DNA of 64,000 nt from Verrucomicrobiia bacterium (GTDB taxonomy: Bacteria; Verrucomicrobiota; Verrucomicrobiia; Palsa-1439). Positions within the stretch are counted from its first letter, which is position 1; each line of letters begins with the position of its first letter. Positions 27,223-38,400 of this stretch are shown here, in pieces. The notes below the pieces were generated by a model. The model saw only the letters and a list, made by a program, of their open reading frames with translations, was not told the origin of the DNA and ran no database searches. Both the position numbers and the translations under genes were made by a program. Location: assembly GCA_050010195.1 (NCBI GenBank), contig JBEKLM010000016.1, forward strand, positions 16,042 through 80,041, in the 5' to 3' direction.

Positions 27223-27606
27223 GTCCCGCTGTCACGCGAGCAAACATTCCGCGGCTGATCGCGCCCCACCAGCGCATATCCGACCATTTTATCGTGATCG
27301 GGAGAGCCGCGAACACCCGACTGAAGCCATCCAGAGGGGGGACGAACCCAACGAAAAAACATTTCTTCAATATTTTCAACCATCTGTCCCACAAGCTCAT
27401 CCACACGCGTTGTCGATTTACAAAGCTTGGGTTCGTTTAGCAAAATCGAGGGTTTTGGGAAAGCTGAGAAGGCATCGGGTCGTTTCGAAGTCCGTAGGGT
27501 GTAGCGAGGGGGACCGAGCGGAACCAACCGAGTCCGATGGGCGCGGAACCGGCCGTCCGGCGAGTTTACCCCGACTCCGAGGATGGCGCGGCGTTGTGGC
27601 CAACTC

Positions 27607-27635
27607 TTGCATTTCGTGCCGCGTACGATTACAAT
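27607..27635 (+). promoter_or_regulatory. Sigma-70-type promoter upstream of the XRE regulator
   Basis: TTGCAT (27607-27612), a 17-nt spacer, then TACAAT (27630-27635). The palindromic GTATATAC (27657-27664) lies just downstream in an AT-rich leader. Confidence 0.5.
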
Positions 27636-27715
27636 CTGTTCTCACATACAAGAAGATGTATATACTAGTATGAATGCCATGTCAACAGGTAAATTGTAAT
27701 ATTTCAAGGTGACCT

Positions 27716-28096
27716 ATGAGCGACTTCGCCGATAATCTCCGTGTCTTGATGGCCAAACGCGGCTGGAATCAACAGGAAACCGCCAAAGCCATTGCCGTCA
27801 GCCAGGCCAACATCAGCCGCTGGCTCAGCGAAGGCCACGAACCCTCCGCCGATGTGCTCATCCGCATCGCCCGGGTGTTCGGCGTCTCACTGGATCAACT
27901 CCTCCGCGCCCCCGGCCCGGCCCTGCGCCTTTCCCGCGCCGAGTTCGACACCGCCGTCTGGACCGCCCGCTGGTTCCGTCAACTCCGTCTCACCTGGCAG
28001 CGCGCCCCGGAAGAACGCTACCGCATCGAAACCGCCCTCGAACTCGCCTGGCCCAACCAAAAACCCGACATTATCGAGTGGCTCAATAAGAAGTAG
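27716..28096 (+). CDS. XRE-family helix-turn-helix regulator
   Basis: 'LRVLMAKRGWNQQETAKAIAVSQANISRWLSEGHEPSADVLIRIARVFGVSLDQLL' is a canonical Cro/CI-type HTH. Confidence 0.8.
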   Translation: MSDFADNLRVLMAKRGWNQQETAKAIAVSQANISRWLSEGHEPSADVLIRIARVFGVSLDQLLRAPGPALRLSRAEFDTAVWTARWFRQLRLTWQRAPEERYRIETALELAWPNQKPDIIEWLNKK

Positions 28097-28188
28097 TTGG
28101 CGCGGTCCGCTGTTGTTGAGGCGCTTCTGTGAAGCGGCGTGCCGGGCCGGGTCGTGGTTGCACTGGCTCCGGCGCGGTGTCAGGGAAA

Positions 28189-28689
28189 TCACAACTGCTT
28201 CGAGAGATACACTCGATCAATATACTTTGTCTCTCGCTTATAGAAATTCGGAATACGACCGACTTCTTGGTACCCCAGCGAACGCATGACGTCCAAGCCA
28301 GTGACCTGGCTCGCGAGGTGAAAATAAACCAGCACCTCGATTCCGCTCTTTCGAGCACCAGCTTCCAACTCAGCGACAACCTCTCGGCCGTCAGCCTGAT
28401 GACCCGGTAGCAAACCGAACCGAATCTCTGCCACGTGCCGCTCAATCCACCGCTTCAGCCTCTCCATCTCGCCCAAAGCAACGATCTTACCCCCGGACTC
28501 GACACAACGCACGATCATCTCCTGCTTGGTCTCAGCGTCAATACGACTCTGAATCCAAGCCCGTTCTATTTCCAGACTGATTGTCGCGACATCCTGAGGA
28601 CGCTCGACCCGTTCGGGGTCGTCTGCGGTGAGCCGCCGAAAATACGTCAGGAAGGCTTCCGCGTCTTCGAGTCTAATGTGCCGTGTCAT
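28189..28689 (-). CDS. GNAT-family N-acetyltransferase
   Basis: 166 aa with GNAT core-like motifs ('IVALGEM', 'HQADGREVVAELEAGARKSG', 'MRSLGYQEVG'). Confidence 0.6.
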   Translation of the reverse strand: MTRHIRLEDAEAFLTYFRRLTADDPERVERPQDVATISLEIERAWIQSRIDAETKQEMIVRCVESGGKIVALGEMERLKRWIERHVAEIRFGLLPGHQADGREVVAELEAGARKSGIEVLVYFHLASQVTGLDVMRSLGYQEVGRIPNFYKRETKYIDRVYLSKQL

Positions 28690-28893
28690 ATTTGCCTAAC
28701 GATCAAGATAGCCGACACGATGTCATGTTCGCGTTCGGCTCATCAAATTGTTGTCCGCCAGATTTCTCCTCAGAGCGTAACGAGTCCGCTCCACGATCCC
28801 AAGTCCAAATCATTGTGCGATCGGTGGCGACAGCAGCGGGACAAAGATGAATTCACAGGGGCGCACCCTTCCTTCTCCGAGCCCATAACGGCA

Positions 28894-29796
28894 CTACCCC
28901 TTCTCAAACACCGTGCCGGCCGCCTTCGGCGGGTGGGAACGGCCCACGAACCCGGCGAGGACCAGGATCGTCACGAGATAAGGAAGAACCTGGATGAATT
29001 GCACTGGGATGGGGTGCCCGCCCCACACTGCCACTCCCTGAAGCCGAATCTGCACGGCGTCGGCAAACCCGAACAACAAACACGCCAGCGCCGTCGGCAG
29101 CGGTTTCCATTTCCCGAAGATCAGCGCCGCCAGTGCCATGAAACCGCGTCCCGCCGTCATGTCGCGTGAGAATGACGACGACAGAAAGACAGACAGCGAT
29201 GCGCCGCCCATCCCCGCCAGCGCGCCACTGACCAGTACCGCCATCCAGCGCACTCGATTGACCCGGATCCCGGCCGCGTCGAGCGCCTCGGGATGTTCGC
29301 CGGCGAAACTGACCCACAAACCGGTCGGCGTATATTTCAGCCAGAGCACACACGCCGCGACGAGCGCCCAGCACAGGTACAATGGCGCGAAATGAAACCG
29401 CTCATGGATCGGGATGGATGGCGTCGAGCCGGTGACATCGTAGAGGATCTTGCAAAGAAACGGCGTGAGACCCATCGCCAGCATGTTGATCGCCGTGCCG
29501 GCCACGATTTGATTGGCCCGCAACCGAATCACAAATAGCGCGTACACGGCGGCCAGCAACACGCCCGCCGCCATTCCGAACGCCGAACCCAGCCATGGCG
29601 AATGGGTCACCAGCGTTCCCACCGCCGCCGCAAACGCGCCCAGCAGCATGAGACCTTCCAGCGCGATGTTGATAACTCCCGAGCGTTCGCTGAACATTCC
29701 GCCGAGCGCCGCGAAAATCAGCGGTGTCGAAACTCTCAGTGTGGAGGCGAGCAGGTCCCAGTTCATGCGGCACCTCGTTTCTTCATCCAACTCCAC
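28894..29796 (-). CDS. ABC transporter permease (BMP/nucleoside system, second permease)
   Basis: 300 aa, polytopic, with the RbsC/NupQ-like pattern 'RAGVINIALEGLMLLGAF'. Confidence 0.8.
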   Translation of the reverse strand: MELDEETRCRMNWDLLASTLRVSTPLIFAALGGMFSERSGVINIALEGLMLLGAFAAAVGTLVTHSPWLGSAFGMAAGVLLAAVYALFVIRLRANQIVAGTAINMLAMGLTPFLCKILYDVTGSTPSIPIHERFHFAPLYLCWALVAACVLWLKYTPTGLWVSFAGEHPEALDAAGIRVNRVRWMAVLVSGALAGMGGASLSVFLSSSFSRDMTAGRGFMALAALIFGKWKPLPTALACLLFGFADAVQIRLQGVAVWGGHPIPVQFIQVLPYLVTILVLAGFVGRSHPPKAAGTVFEKG

Positions 29797-30788
29797 AGTC
29801 CATCCGCCGACACCGACAGGATAATCAGCGCCTGAAGCACCAGCGACAGCTCCCGCGTGACGTGTTCGGTTTCAAAGTCCAAATCCGCGGTGCCTTTGTG
29901 CAGCGCGCCGAACAGCAACGCGGCGGCAACCACGCCCGCCGGCTGGTTGCGTCCCAACAGCGCCACGGCGATCCCGATAAACCCATACTCGGGAGAGAAT
30001 CCGAGACGAAACTTGCCGGCATTGCCCAAGACCTCGCCCACACCCACGAGCCCGGCCAGTCCGCCCGCCACGGCCAGCGCGATGATGGTCATGCGGCCCG
30101 TGTTGATTCCCGCTGCGCGCGCGGCGGATTCGTTCTGGCCCACGGCGCGCATCTCGAATCCGACGACTGTCCGCCACATAAAAAACCAGACGAGGACCGC
30201 AGCCACAATCGCCAGCGGTAACGCCATGCTCACGGGCGCGCCTCCAAAAACTCCGAACTGGCTGATCAGGTAACCCGCGCCGATGGGCCGCGTCTCCGGA
30301 TTCTGGGTGTCGGGATTCTTGAGCAGATACAACGTCACGTAGCTCGCGAGGCCGGCGGCGATGAAATTAAGCATGATCGTATTGATGACCTCGTGGCTGC
30401 CGCGCTTGGCCCGGAGCCAGCCGGGGATCGCGCCCCAAATGGTCCCCGCCGCAATCGCCGCCAGAATCGCCAGTGCCGGCGCCAACGGCCACGGCAACCC
30501 CGGCCAGACCGCGCCCACCGCCGCTGCCGCGAGAGCGCCGAGCGTAAGTTGTCCCTCGGCGCCAATGTTGAACAGGCCCGCCTGGAATGGCACCGCAACG
30601 GCGAGCCCGGTGAAAATGAGCGGCGTCGAGTAAAACAATGTCATCCCAAAGTCGTAGCGGGAACCAAACGCACTCTTCCAGAGGATCTGCAAAATGTGCC
30701 ACGGACTTTCGCCCGCGAGTCGCGTGACCCCGAGCCCCAAGGCAAGCCCGAATGCCACCGCCAGGATGGGTTGCAGGACTTTTCTCAT
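29763..30788 (-). CDS. ABC transporter permease (BMP/nucleoside system, first permease)
   Basis: 341 aa, polytopic, with 'FNIGAEGQLTLGALAA' typical of NupP/YufP-like permeases. Confidence 0.8.
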   Translation of the reverse strand: MRKVLQPILAVAFGLALGLGVTRLAGESPWHILQILWKSAFGSRYDFGMTLFYSTPLIFTGLAVAVPFQAGLFNIGAEGQLTLGALAAAAVGAVWPGLPWPLAPALAILAAIAAGTIWGAIPGWLRAKRGSHEVINTIMLNFIAAGLASYVTLYLLKNPDTQNPETRPIGAGYLISQFGVFGGAPVSMALPLAIVAAVLVWFFMWRTVVGFEMRAVGQNESAARAAGINTGRMTIIALAVAGGLAGLVGVGEVLGNAGKFRLGFSPEYGFIGIAVALLGRNQPAGVVAAALLFGALHKGTADLDFETEHVTRELSLVLQALIILSVSADGLWSWMKKRGAA

Positions 30789-32314
30789 GAACCGGCCATC
30801 TTCAATCCCAGCTCGCGCTCGGAAATCCCGCGAACAAACTCGGCGGCAATCCGCCCCTCGTACATCACGAGAATGCGGTCCGACAGGGTCAGGATGTCTT
30901 CCAGTTCAAAGGAGACAAGCAGGACGCCAGCGCCCGCATCGCGCGCGCGAACGATTCGATTGTGAATGAATTCAATTGCGCCCACGTCCACCCCCCGCGT
31001 CGGCTGGGCCGCGATCAGCAAGCGCGGTTTCCTCTGAAATTCGCGCGCCACGATCAGCTTTTGCTGGTTGCCACCGGAGAGCTTCCCGGCCGGAATCGCC
31101 AGATCACGCGGGCGCACGTCGTATTCTTCCAACGCCTGCGTGGCCGCCGCCCGCACGTTCTTCGAATTCAACAGGCCCGCCTGGCTGAACGCGGGACTCC
31201 GTTGCAAGCCCAACAGGAAATTCTCGCTCACGGGCCGCTCCAGCAGAAGACCTTCGCGCTGGCGGTCCTCGGGAATCACGGCGACACCGAGATCGCGAAT
31301 CTCCCGCGCGTCCCAGTGCGTCACGTCTTCACCCAGAAACCAGACCGTACCCGATGTCCGACACAACGGATCGCGCGGGTGAAGGATCGCCTGTAGAAGT
31401 TCTGACTGTCCGTTGCCCTCGACCCCGGCGATGCCTACGATCTCGCCGCGCTTCACGGAAAAATTCACGTCGGAAAGTTTGTGTCGGCTTCCAGCCACCG
31501 TTCCCGCAAGACCCAGCGCCGTCACCTCCATGGCCAGTTCGTCGCGAGGATAGGCGGGCGGAACGGTGATATTCAGGACCACTTTCCGACCGACCATGAG
31601 ATTGGCGAGTTCTTGCGGATTGGTCTGCGAAGTCGGCATCTCGCCCGTGACCTTGCCCGCGCGAAACACGGTCACATGATCCGTGAAGGACATCACTTCC
31701 TTGAGTTTGTGCGTGATGAGGATGATCGTCTTGCCTTCGTCGCGAAGCTTCTTCAGGTTGCGAAACAGCTCGTTGGTTTCCTGCGGCGTGAGGACCGCCG
31801 TCGGCTCGTCGAGGATTAGAATCTTCGCATCGCGATACAACAACTTGAGGATTTCGACCCGTTGTTGCACGCCCACGGGAAGATCTTCGATGGCCGCATC
31901 CCAGTCGACGGCCAATCCGTATTGTTGGGCCAGCGACTCCAGCCGGATGCGCGCCCGTCGTCGATCGATTACGCCGCAGCGGACCGGTTCCGCGCCGAGC
32001 AGAATGTTGTCCAGTGCCGTGTACGGGCCTGCGAGCATGAAATGCTGGTGCACCATGCCGATCCCGGCGGCGATGGCGTCCCCAGGCGATTCCCACACAC
32101 GCGTCTTGCCATCGACAATGATCTCGCCCGAGTCCGGCGGGAAAATGCCATACAGCATTTTCATCGCGGTGGACTTGCCCGCGCCGTTCTCGCCGATCAC
32201 GCCGTGAATCGTGCCCGGCTGAATCCGAAGATTCACCCCGTCGTTGGCAACCACACTACCAAACCGCTTGGTCAGTCCGCGCAATTCAACCGCTGCCGCT
32301 GTCTTGGGCGCCAT
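30785..32314 (-). CDS. ABC transporter ATP-binding protein, duplicated ATPase (RbsA/NupO-like)
   Basis: Two nucleotide-binding domains: 'GENGAGKST' with 'ILILDEPT', and 'GVEGNGQSEL', 'LSGGNQQK' with 'VLLVSFELED'. Confidence 0.9.
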   Translation of the reverse strand: MAPKTAAAVELRGLTKRFGSVVANDGVNLRIQPGTIHGVIGENGAGKSTAMKMLYGIFPPDSGEIIVDGKTRVWESPGDAIAAGIGMVHQHFMLAGPYTALDNILLGAEPVRCGVIDRRRARIRLESLAQQYGLAVDWDAAIEDLPVGVQQRVEILKLLYRDAKILILDEPTAVLTPQETNELFRNLKKLRDEGKTIILITHKLKEVMSFTDHVTVFRAGKVTGEMPTSQTNPQELANLMVGRKVVLNITVPPAYPRDELAMEVTALGLAGTVAGSRHKLSDVNFSVKRGEIVGIAGVEGNGQSELLQAILHPRDPLCRTSGTVWFLGEDVTHWDAREIRDLGVAVIPEDRQREGLLLERPVSENFLLGLQRSPAFSQAGLLNSKNVRAAATQALEEYDVRPRDLAIPAGKLSGGNQQKLIVAREFQRKPRLLIAAQPTRGVDVGAIEFIHNRIVRARDAGAGVLLVSFELEDILTLSDRILVMYEGRIAAEFVRGISERELGLKMAGS

Positions 32315-32443
32315 GGTCTTCGCAGTGTCCAGATTTGAACGGGCAGAGTCAATGCTTCTGAGTCGATGAAAAAACTGACGTCGTCCAACCGTGGCGGCTT
32401 GACCGATCTGAAACCCTTCGACAAGCCCAGGGCGAGAGGTCTG

Positions 32444-33427
32444 TCACTTCTTGTAATAATCCGGAACGATAATTTTGCCGGAGACGATGTCGGCTTTGAG
32501 GGCGTCGGCGCGCTGACGAACAGACTCCGGCAGGAGCTTCTCGTTGTACTGATCCATCGAGTAATCGACGCCCTTGTCGGCGAGTCCGAAGCGTTTTAGG
32601 CCAGCCGTGAACTTCCCGTTCTGCGCGTCCTGAATGGCCGAGAACACGGCCAGGTCAACCCGCTTGAGCGCGCTGGTGAGGATCTGGCCGGGCTTCACCC
32701 AGTCCTCATTGGAATCGACGCCGATGGCGAGTTTCTTTTTTTCCTCCGCTGCGTCGAACACGCCAAAGCCCGACGCGCCGGCGGCGGCAAAAATCACGTC
32801 CACGCCGGCATTGTACTGGGCCAGGGCGAGTTCCTTGCCCCGGGGCGGGTTGTTCCAGGCCTCGGGGGTCACGCCAACGTAGTTGGCGGTGACTGCGATC
32901 TGCGGATTGATTTTTTTCGCGCCCGCCTCGTAGCCCATCTCGAACCGCCGAATGAGCGGCACATCCATTCCGCCAACATATCCAATCTTGCCGGTCTGGC
33001 TGGTCATGGCGGCAATGGCGCCGACGATGTACCCGACCTCATGCTCCTCAAACATCAGCGACCGGACATTCGGGGCGTCGACCTGCGAGTCCACGATGAC
33101 AAAATGCTTCTGCGGAAACTGCGCGGCGACTTTGGCGATGGCTTCCTTTTGCGCGAAACCGATCCCGATGATCAGGTCGAAATCTTTTTGCGCGAACGCC
33201 CGCAGGAGCGGTTCGAACGCGTTGTCATCACTGGGCTCGACGTATTTCAGGTAAATCCCCAGTTTCTTCCTGGCGTCGGTGGCCCCTTCGTAGGCCGACG
33301 CATTAAACGACTTGTCGTCCTTGCCGCCGAGATCCAGAACCAGCCCGACCTTGAAGTCGGCCAGGGCCGATGGCACCGAAGTCCCCAGAACAACGACCAA
33401 GATGCTCAGTCGATTCAAAATGCGCAT
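32444..33427 (-). CDS. BMP-family (basic membrane protein / PnrA-like) substrate-binding protein
   Basis: Start trimmed to the ATG at 33427 (MRILNRLSILVVVLG signal). 'DDKSFNASAYEG', 'FDLIIGIGF' and 'GYVGGMDVPLI' are typical of purine-nucleoside-binding BMP lipoproteins. Confidence 0.8.
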   Translation of the reverse strand: MRILNRLSILVVVLGTSVPSALADFKVGLVLDLGGKDDKSFNASAYEGATDARKKLGIYLKYVEPSDDNAFEPLLRAFAQKDFDLIIGIGFAQKEAIAKVAAQFPQKHFVIVDSQVDAPNVRSLMFEEHEVGYIVGAIAAMTSQTGKIGYVGGMDVPLIRRFEMGYEAGAKKINPQIAVTANYVGVTPEAWNNPPRGKELALAQYNAGVDVIFAAAGASGFGVFDAAEEKKKLAIGVDSNEDWVKPGQILTSALKRVDLAVFSAIQDAQNGKFTAGLKRFGLADKGVDYSMDQYNEKLLPESVRQRADALKADIVSGKIIVPDYYKK

Positions 33428-33449
33428 AAGAGTAGGCTCCCGCCGGAGT

Positions 33450-35072
33450 TCATCCTTCTGTTTTAAACACATGCTCCGGATCCAACGGAGGTTCGCGGCT
33501 CGCCGAGGTTGCGGAAAGCAGCAGAAACATCACGGCCAGCCCCGCGTATCCCAGAGCGAATTGATACGGAATCATCCGTGCGATTCCGGTCAGCGACCAG
33601 GGGAGGTAAATGTTCCCGTCGGGCGAGCAGGAATGCACAACGCCAAAGAAGGAAAACAATGCCAGTATGCCGAGATAGACAGCCGAGATTTTCAGGCGCC
33701 GGTTAATCAGCTCCGCCAGAAATGCCCCCCACAGCATGCCCGTCAAAATAAAGCCGTTTCCCAGCGCAACCGTGACCAACAACTCGGGAAGCGCTCGTCC
33801 CTGGGCCACCATCAGCTTCTGAAAGGCCTCGACCGGCACAAACTCAGGATTCCCCAGCTTGATGGACAACAGACGAGCCACCGTCGGGAAATACGAGAAC
33901 GCGACCGCAACGGCATGCTTCGCCGGGCAGGCCAGGAAGGCCTGGGCCATGATATCCAGCGCAACAAACACTAGGATCGGGGCCAGAACAGCGCGGGGTA
34001 TCAACTCCACGAAGAAGGAAACGTAGCCCAGAATGCCGCCGAGCCCGATGAACAGCCCGGTGAGCAGCGTGTAGCCGGCCCGTGCTCCCATTCGTTTGTA
34101 CGCCGGCTGGCCAATGTACGGGGTCGATTGGGCGACGCCTCCACAGATTCCAGCCACGAATGTTGCCACCGCCTCGGTTAGCAAAATATCCCGCGTGTTG
34201 AAATTGTCGCCCGCCACCCGGGCGCTTTCGGTAACGTTGATCCCGCCGACAACCGTCAAGATGGCGAACGGAGCTGCGATCGGCAGGTACTTCAGGGCCG
34301 GCACGAACCCGTGTATGAAACCCAGATTCGGCACGGGAAGACTCATGTGAAGTGCAATCGCTGGCGGCGAAACATAGGTGCCTCCCGCCCATCCCGTTGG
34401 GCCAAGCAGGTAATACAGAGCTGTTCCGACCAGGACGCTGGCGAGCACTCCCGGGAAATGACCCGGCAGACGGATCCCGGCGATCAGGGTGTACAGGATC
34501 AGCCCCAGCGCCATCAATCCCACGAGCGGCATTCCGAAGATATCCGCCAATGGAATGAACCCGATCAACGCCAGGCCGACGCCCGCCAGTGATCCAAGCA
34601 GCCCCGCCTGAGGCACAATTTTCTGGACCCATCCCCCGCAAAACGAGAGAACCAACTTCAATACGCCCATCAGCACCACGGTCGCCATGCCGATCTGCCA
34701 CGTCAGGATCGCGGCCTCTCGCTCGGGCATCCCCTCGGCTTTCAACCCGAGAAATGCCGGGCCTAACACGACCAAGGCCATGCCAATGGTGGAGGGCGTG
34801 TCCAACCCGAGCGGCATGGCCGTCACGCTTGTGTTGCCGGTTTTCTTGGCGAGACGGAAGGCCATCCACGTATACACCATGTCGCCGAAGAGAACGCCAA
34901 TGGCCGTGCCGGGGAACATCCTGGAGTAGACAATATCAGCCGGAAACCTGAAGCCGAAAACCAACACGCCGGCGAGAAACGAGAGAACCGTCAAATTGTC
35001 AAACATCAGCCCGAAGAAACCGTTGATATCACCAATGACAAACCACTCGTATTTCTTGCCGGCTCCGTCCAT
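33450..35072 (-). CDS. Nucleobase permease, NCS2/AzgA-like (tentative)
   Basis: 540 aa with about 13 TM segments. The N-terminus 'GDINGFFGLMFDNLTV' and overall composition resemble xanthine/uracil/vitamin C permease family members. The subfamily is uncertain. Confidence 0.55.
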   Translation of the reverse strand: MDGAGKKYEWFVIGDINGFFGLMFDNLTVLSFLAGVLVFGFRFPADIVYSRMFPGTAIGVLFGDMVYTWMAFRLAKKTGNTSVTAMPLGLDTPSTIGMALVVLGPAFLGLKAEGMPEREAAILTWQIGMATVVLMGVLKLVLSFCGGWVQKIVPQAGLLGSLAGVGLALIGFIPLADIFGMPLVGLMALGLILYTLIAGIRLPGHFPGVLASVLVGTALYYLLGPTGWAGGTYVSPPAIALHMSLPVPNLGFIHGFVPALKYLPIAAPFAILTVVGGINVTESARVAGDNFNTRDILLTEAVATFVAGICGGVAQSTPYIGQPAYKRMGARAGYTLLTGLFIGLGGILGYVSFFVELIPRAVLAPILVFVALDIMAQAFLACPAKHAVAVAFSYFPTVARLLSIKLGNPEFVPVEAFQKLMVAQGRALPELLVTVALGNGFILTGMLWGAFLAELINRRLKISAVYLGILALFSFFGVVHSCSPDGNIYLPWSLTGIARMIPYQFALGYAGLAVMFLLLSATSASREPPLDPEHVFKTEG

Positions 35073-35416
35073 CGGGTTCTCCTTGCTTACAGTTCGTGGC
35101 CGATCCCTTGCACAGGTTCTTGCGCCGCTTGATCTCGCTATCGTGTTCGGTCTCTGTCACGAACACGCCGGTTGGATTGACTGGAGCAGCATCCTACCAT
35201 CCCCGTCAGTCCCGACAAGCCTTTTTGGCCGTCCCGAAACCAGCGGTTCCTCTTGGACGACACCGATGAGGCCGGGCCGCGAAGGTGCCGCAACTCCATG
35301 CGTCTTCAGATGGGCTTGAAGGGAAGTCGACGCAATGCACACCGTTGGCGGACGAAGGTCCAGATGGCACTGCAGCGCGTCCGCAACTGCGGCGGTGCGT
35401 ACCGGGCCTGGTGGCG

Positions 35417-38400
35417 CTATTGCTGCAACCGCACGCGATAGTAGCGGGACGGGCTGTTGGTCGCAGCACCCAAATCGGTATAGTTCGTTGTGGTGTCGCC
35501 GCTACCCTGGATGATGATATACGGGCTCACGTCAACGAAGTTGTTCGAGTATGAACCGTTGGGGAGTCCCGAGGCGGCTTGCACCACGTTGGTGTGTCCG
35601 CCCGCTGTGTACCAGGTCACGACCATATTCGTGCCCTGCGGCGTCACGGACGTGATGTGCAGGAACGATGCACTGTTGGTCGGCACGGTGCCCGACAGGT
35701 ACTCCTGCAGGTTGTTCATGCCGTCGCCGTCGGGATCACAGGTGGCGCAGGATTGGCTGTTGGTCGTGTTGCCGAAGTAGGTGTTCGTGCCATTGCTGAA
35801 GTATTGCGCCCGCCACCAATCCGGGATGCCGTCGCCGACGGAATCGCCGGTGAACAATTGCACGCTATAGGCGAGGCTCACATCGTTGAAGGTGAACTGA
35901 TATTCCCCATTGAGGACGGCATTGATAAGGATGTTCGTCGATCCGTTCGACACGCCCGCACCCGACTGCGGGATGCCGAATTGCGATTGGGTCCCACCAT
36001 TCTCGCCCCAGTTGGAGGTCCAATTCCCGTTGGCGGCGAACTTGAACTGGATGTTGGTGACGTTGCCAAAGCCGACAATGCACTGCCAGGTGTCATTGGC
36101 AACCAGTTGCATGTTGTTGGTCGCCGGATTCCAGCCGTTGAACGTGCCCGGCAGGTTCATCGAGCCGTAGGCGCTGGCCAGCAGCGGTTCCAGACTGTAA
36201 TCGAGCGTTTCGTCATTGAACGTGAACTGATAGAGACCGTTGAGCGTGCCGCTGACGACGATGTTGGTGGATGCGTTGAGGATGCCGACACCGGAGAACG
36301 GCGCCGTCTGTGCCGCGCCACTGCCGCCCCAGTTGGTCGTCCAACTGCCGTTGGCGGCAAACTTGAACTGGATGTTGGAGACGCTGCTAAAGCTGGCATC
36401 GTATTGCCAGGTGCGACCGCCGAGGTATTCCATGTTGTTGGCCGCCTGGTTCCAGCCGTTGAATGTGCCGGCCACTGTCATCGAGCTGTACGGGTCCGAA
36501 TTGTTCCAGTTTACCTGCACCGTCTGCTGCGAGCCGGTTTCCGAAACCAAAACAACCAGTTGACCGTTGGTGTTTACCAGCCAGCCCGGGGCCGGCGAAT
36601 TCGTGCCGGATACCTGGCCGATCTGCGTTCCGTTGAGCAGCACGTTTTGTACGGCCAGTGGGTTGTTGGCGTAAACGTGAAACGTCCGCGTGCCGGCGCT
36701 GTACGGATTATAACTGCCCTGGCGCGCGCCGATGGTGAGCACCCAGTTGCTGGTCGTCTGCGAACTGGTAAACGCCGTCATTGCGTACACGCCGTTGGTG
36801 AAATCCCATCCTTCGCCTGCGTCTTCGTAGAGCGTGAAGGATGAATTGGCATCGGTCGAGTTGCTGTCCGGCCAACAATTGAGGTCGATGTAGCTGGGCT
36901 GGAACTGGTTGGCATACTGCATGGAGGGCCCCATCGGGATGATCGCGCCGCCGCGCACAAACAACGGGAGTGTGCCGAGAGGCGCATTGACCGTGACGGT
37001 CTGTCCGCCGCCGTACTTCGTGCCGGTGGGATAGTAGTACCAGTCATCCGGCCACGGCAGATAAACAGTGCGCGTCGTGGCGCCCTGTGTGTAAACGGGC
37101 GCTGCCAGCAGGAAATCGCCGACCAGGAAATCATACTCGTTCAGCGAGAGCGTGTTGTTGTCCCCGTAGTAGTTGTAAACGACAGGGGTATTGATCGGGT
37201 TGCCGTTGACAGTGTCGTTATACATCAACGTGTACAGGTACGGCATCAACTGGTAACGGAACTGAATGTTCTTTTGCATCAAAGCGCAGTAGTTGGTGCC
37301 ATTGGCGCCCTGGTTGTTGTTGTTCGCATAGCTCCAGTTCTGCCACGGCGTGAACCGCCATGGCTCACGGCCCTGATTGCCATCCGACCACAGGTTATCG
37401 CCATTTTGTGAATGACTGCGGTAGAACGGCCACACCGAACCGGCTTCGTACCAGCGCGTGATCGTCTCGCCATCGGTGCTGCCCGAAAATCCGCCGAGAT
37501 CGTGGCCAAAATGGCTTTGCCCCGAAATCATCACATTGGCCCCGAGGCGAATACAGGCTTGCAGATAATTGGGATTCCACCCCGTCTCAGTGTCGCCGCT
37601 CCAACCGGCTGCATATTGCTGGCTCCCGGTCGTGCCGGATCGGCTCAATACGAACGGACGACGGTTCGGAAACGCTTCAAGCAGCGCGGTGTAGCTCGAT
37701 TTCTGTGATCTCAATCCAAAATAATTCCGCTCGTTCGACCATTCCCGACGCGTGTCCGCACTCCCACCCGTCCCCGATCCGTAAGCGCCGTTCAGCCAGA
37801 GCAGCGCATTGTACGGAATCTGTCCGTTGTCCTCCGGCTCCGTCAAATCATTCCAAATCCCGCCCCATGCGACCGTGTGAAACCAATTCGTCTCGTCGCC
37901 CTGCCAGCGGTTGAGCGTCGGCTGGCTCGTGTAGTCGAACCACGAGACATTACCGACGTAAATGTTCGTGGTAATCTGGTTGCCATTATTGTCCTTGATA
38001 AAATCGAGGTCGCCATACTCGATGCCGTAGTATGGATCGTTCGGTTCCAGCCACGGCTCGATCAACGGAATCAGCTTCACCCCGTACACCGCACACGATG
38101 ACACCATGCTCGGCGGATTTGGGTAGTTGTTGGTGTCCATCGTCAACTGGTGCAGTTGGTCGGAGTAGATGTTGTTCTGCCCGGTCGAATCCAAATAGTC
38201 GATATCGATGTAAATCGCATCCAGCGGGATATTGCTCGCCGTGGCCGTGTTGGCGATGTACTCCACCCATGTTTGATCGTCGTAGGCAAATCGGCTCAGC
38301 TGATGGCCCAACGCCCATTTCGGCAGGATTTGCGGACGGCCCGTGAGTTCCGTGTAACTGTTGATCACCGCTTTCATCGTGTGGTTGGTGCCGCCGCCAA

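Noticed and set aside
35073-35416. Possible purine/ZTP-type riboswitch in the 344-nt leader of the nucleobase permease.
   Set aside because: I saw only an 8-bp hairpin (CGTGTTCG...CGAACACG). I could not recognise any known riboswitch core sequence by eye, and an Infernal scan would be needed.
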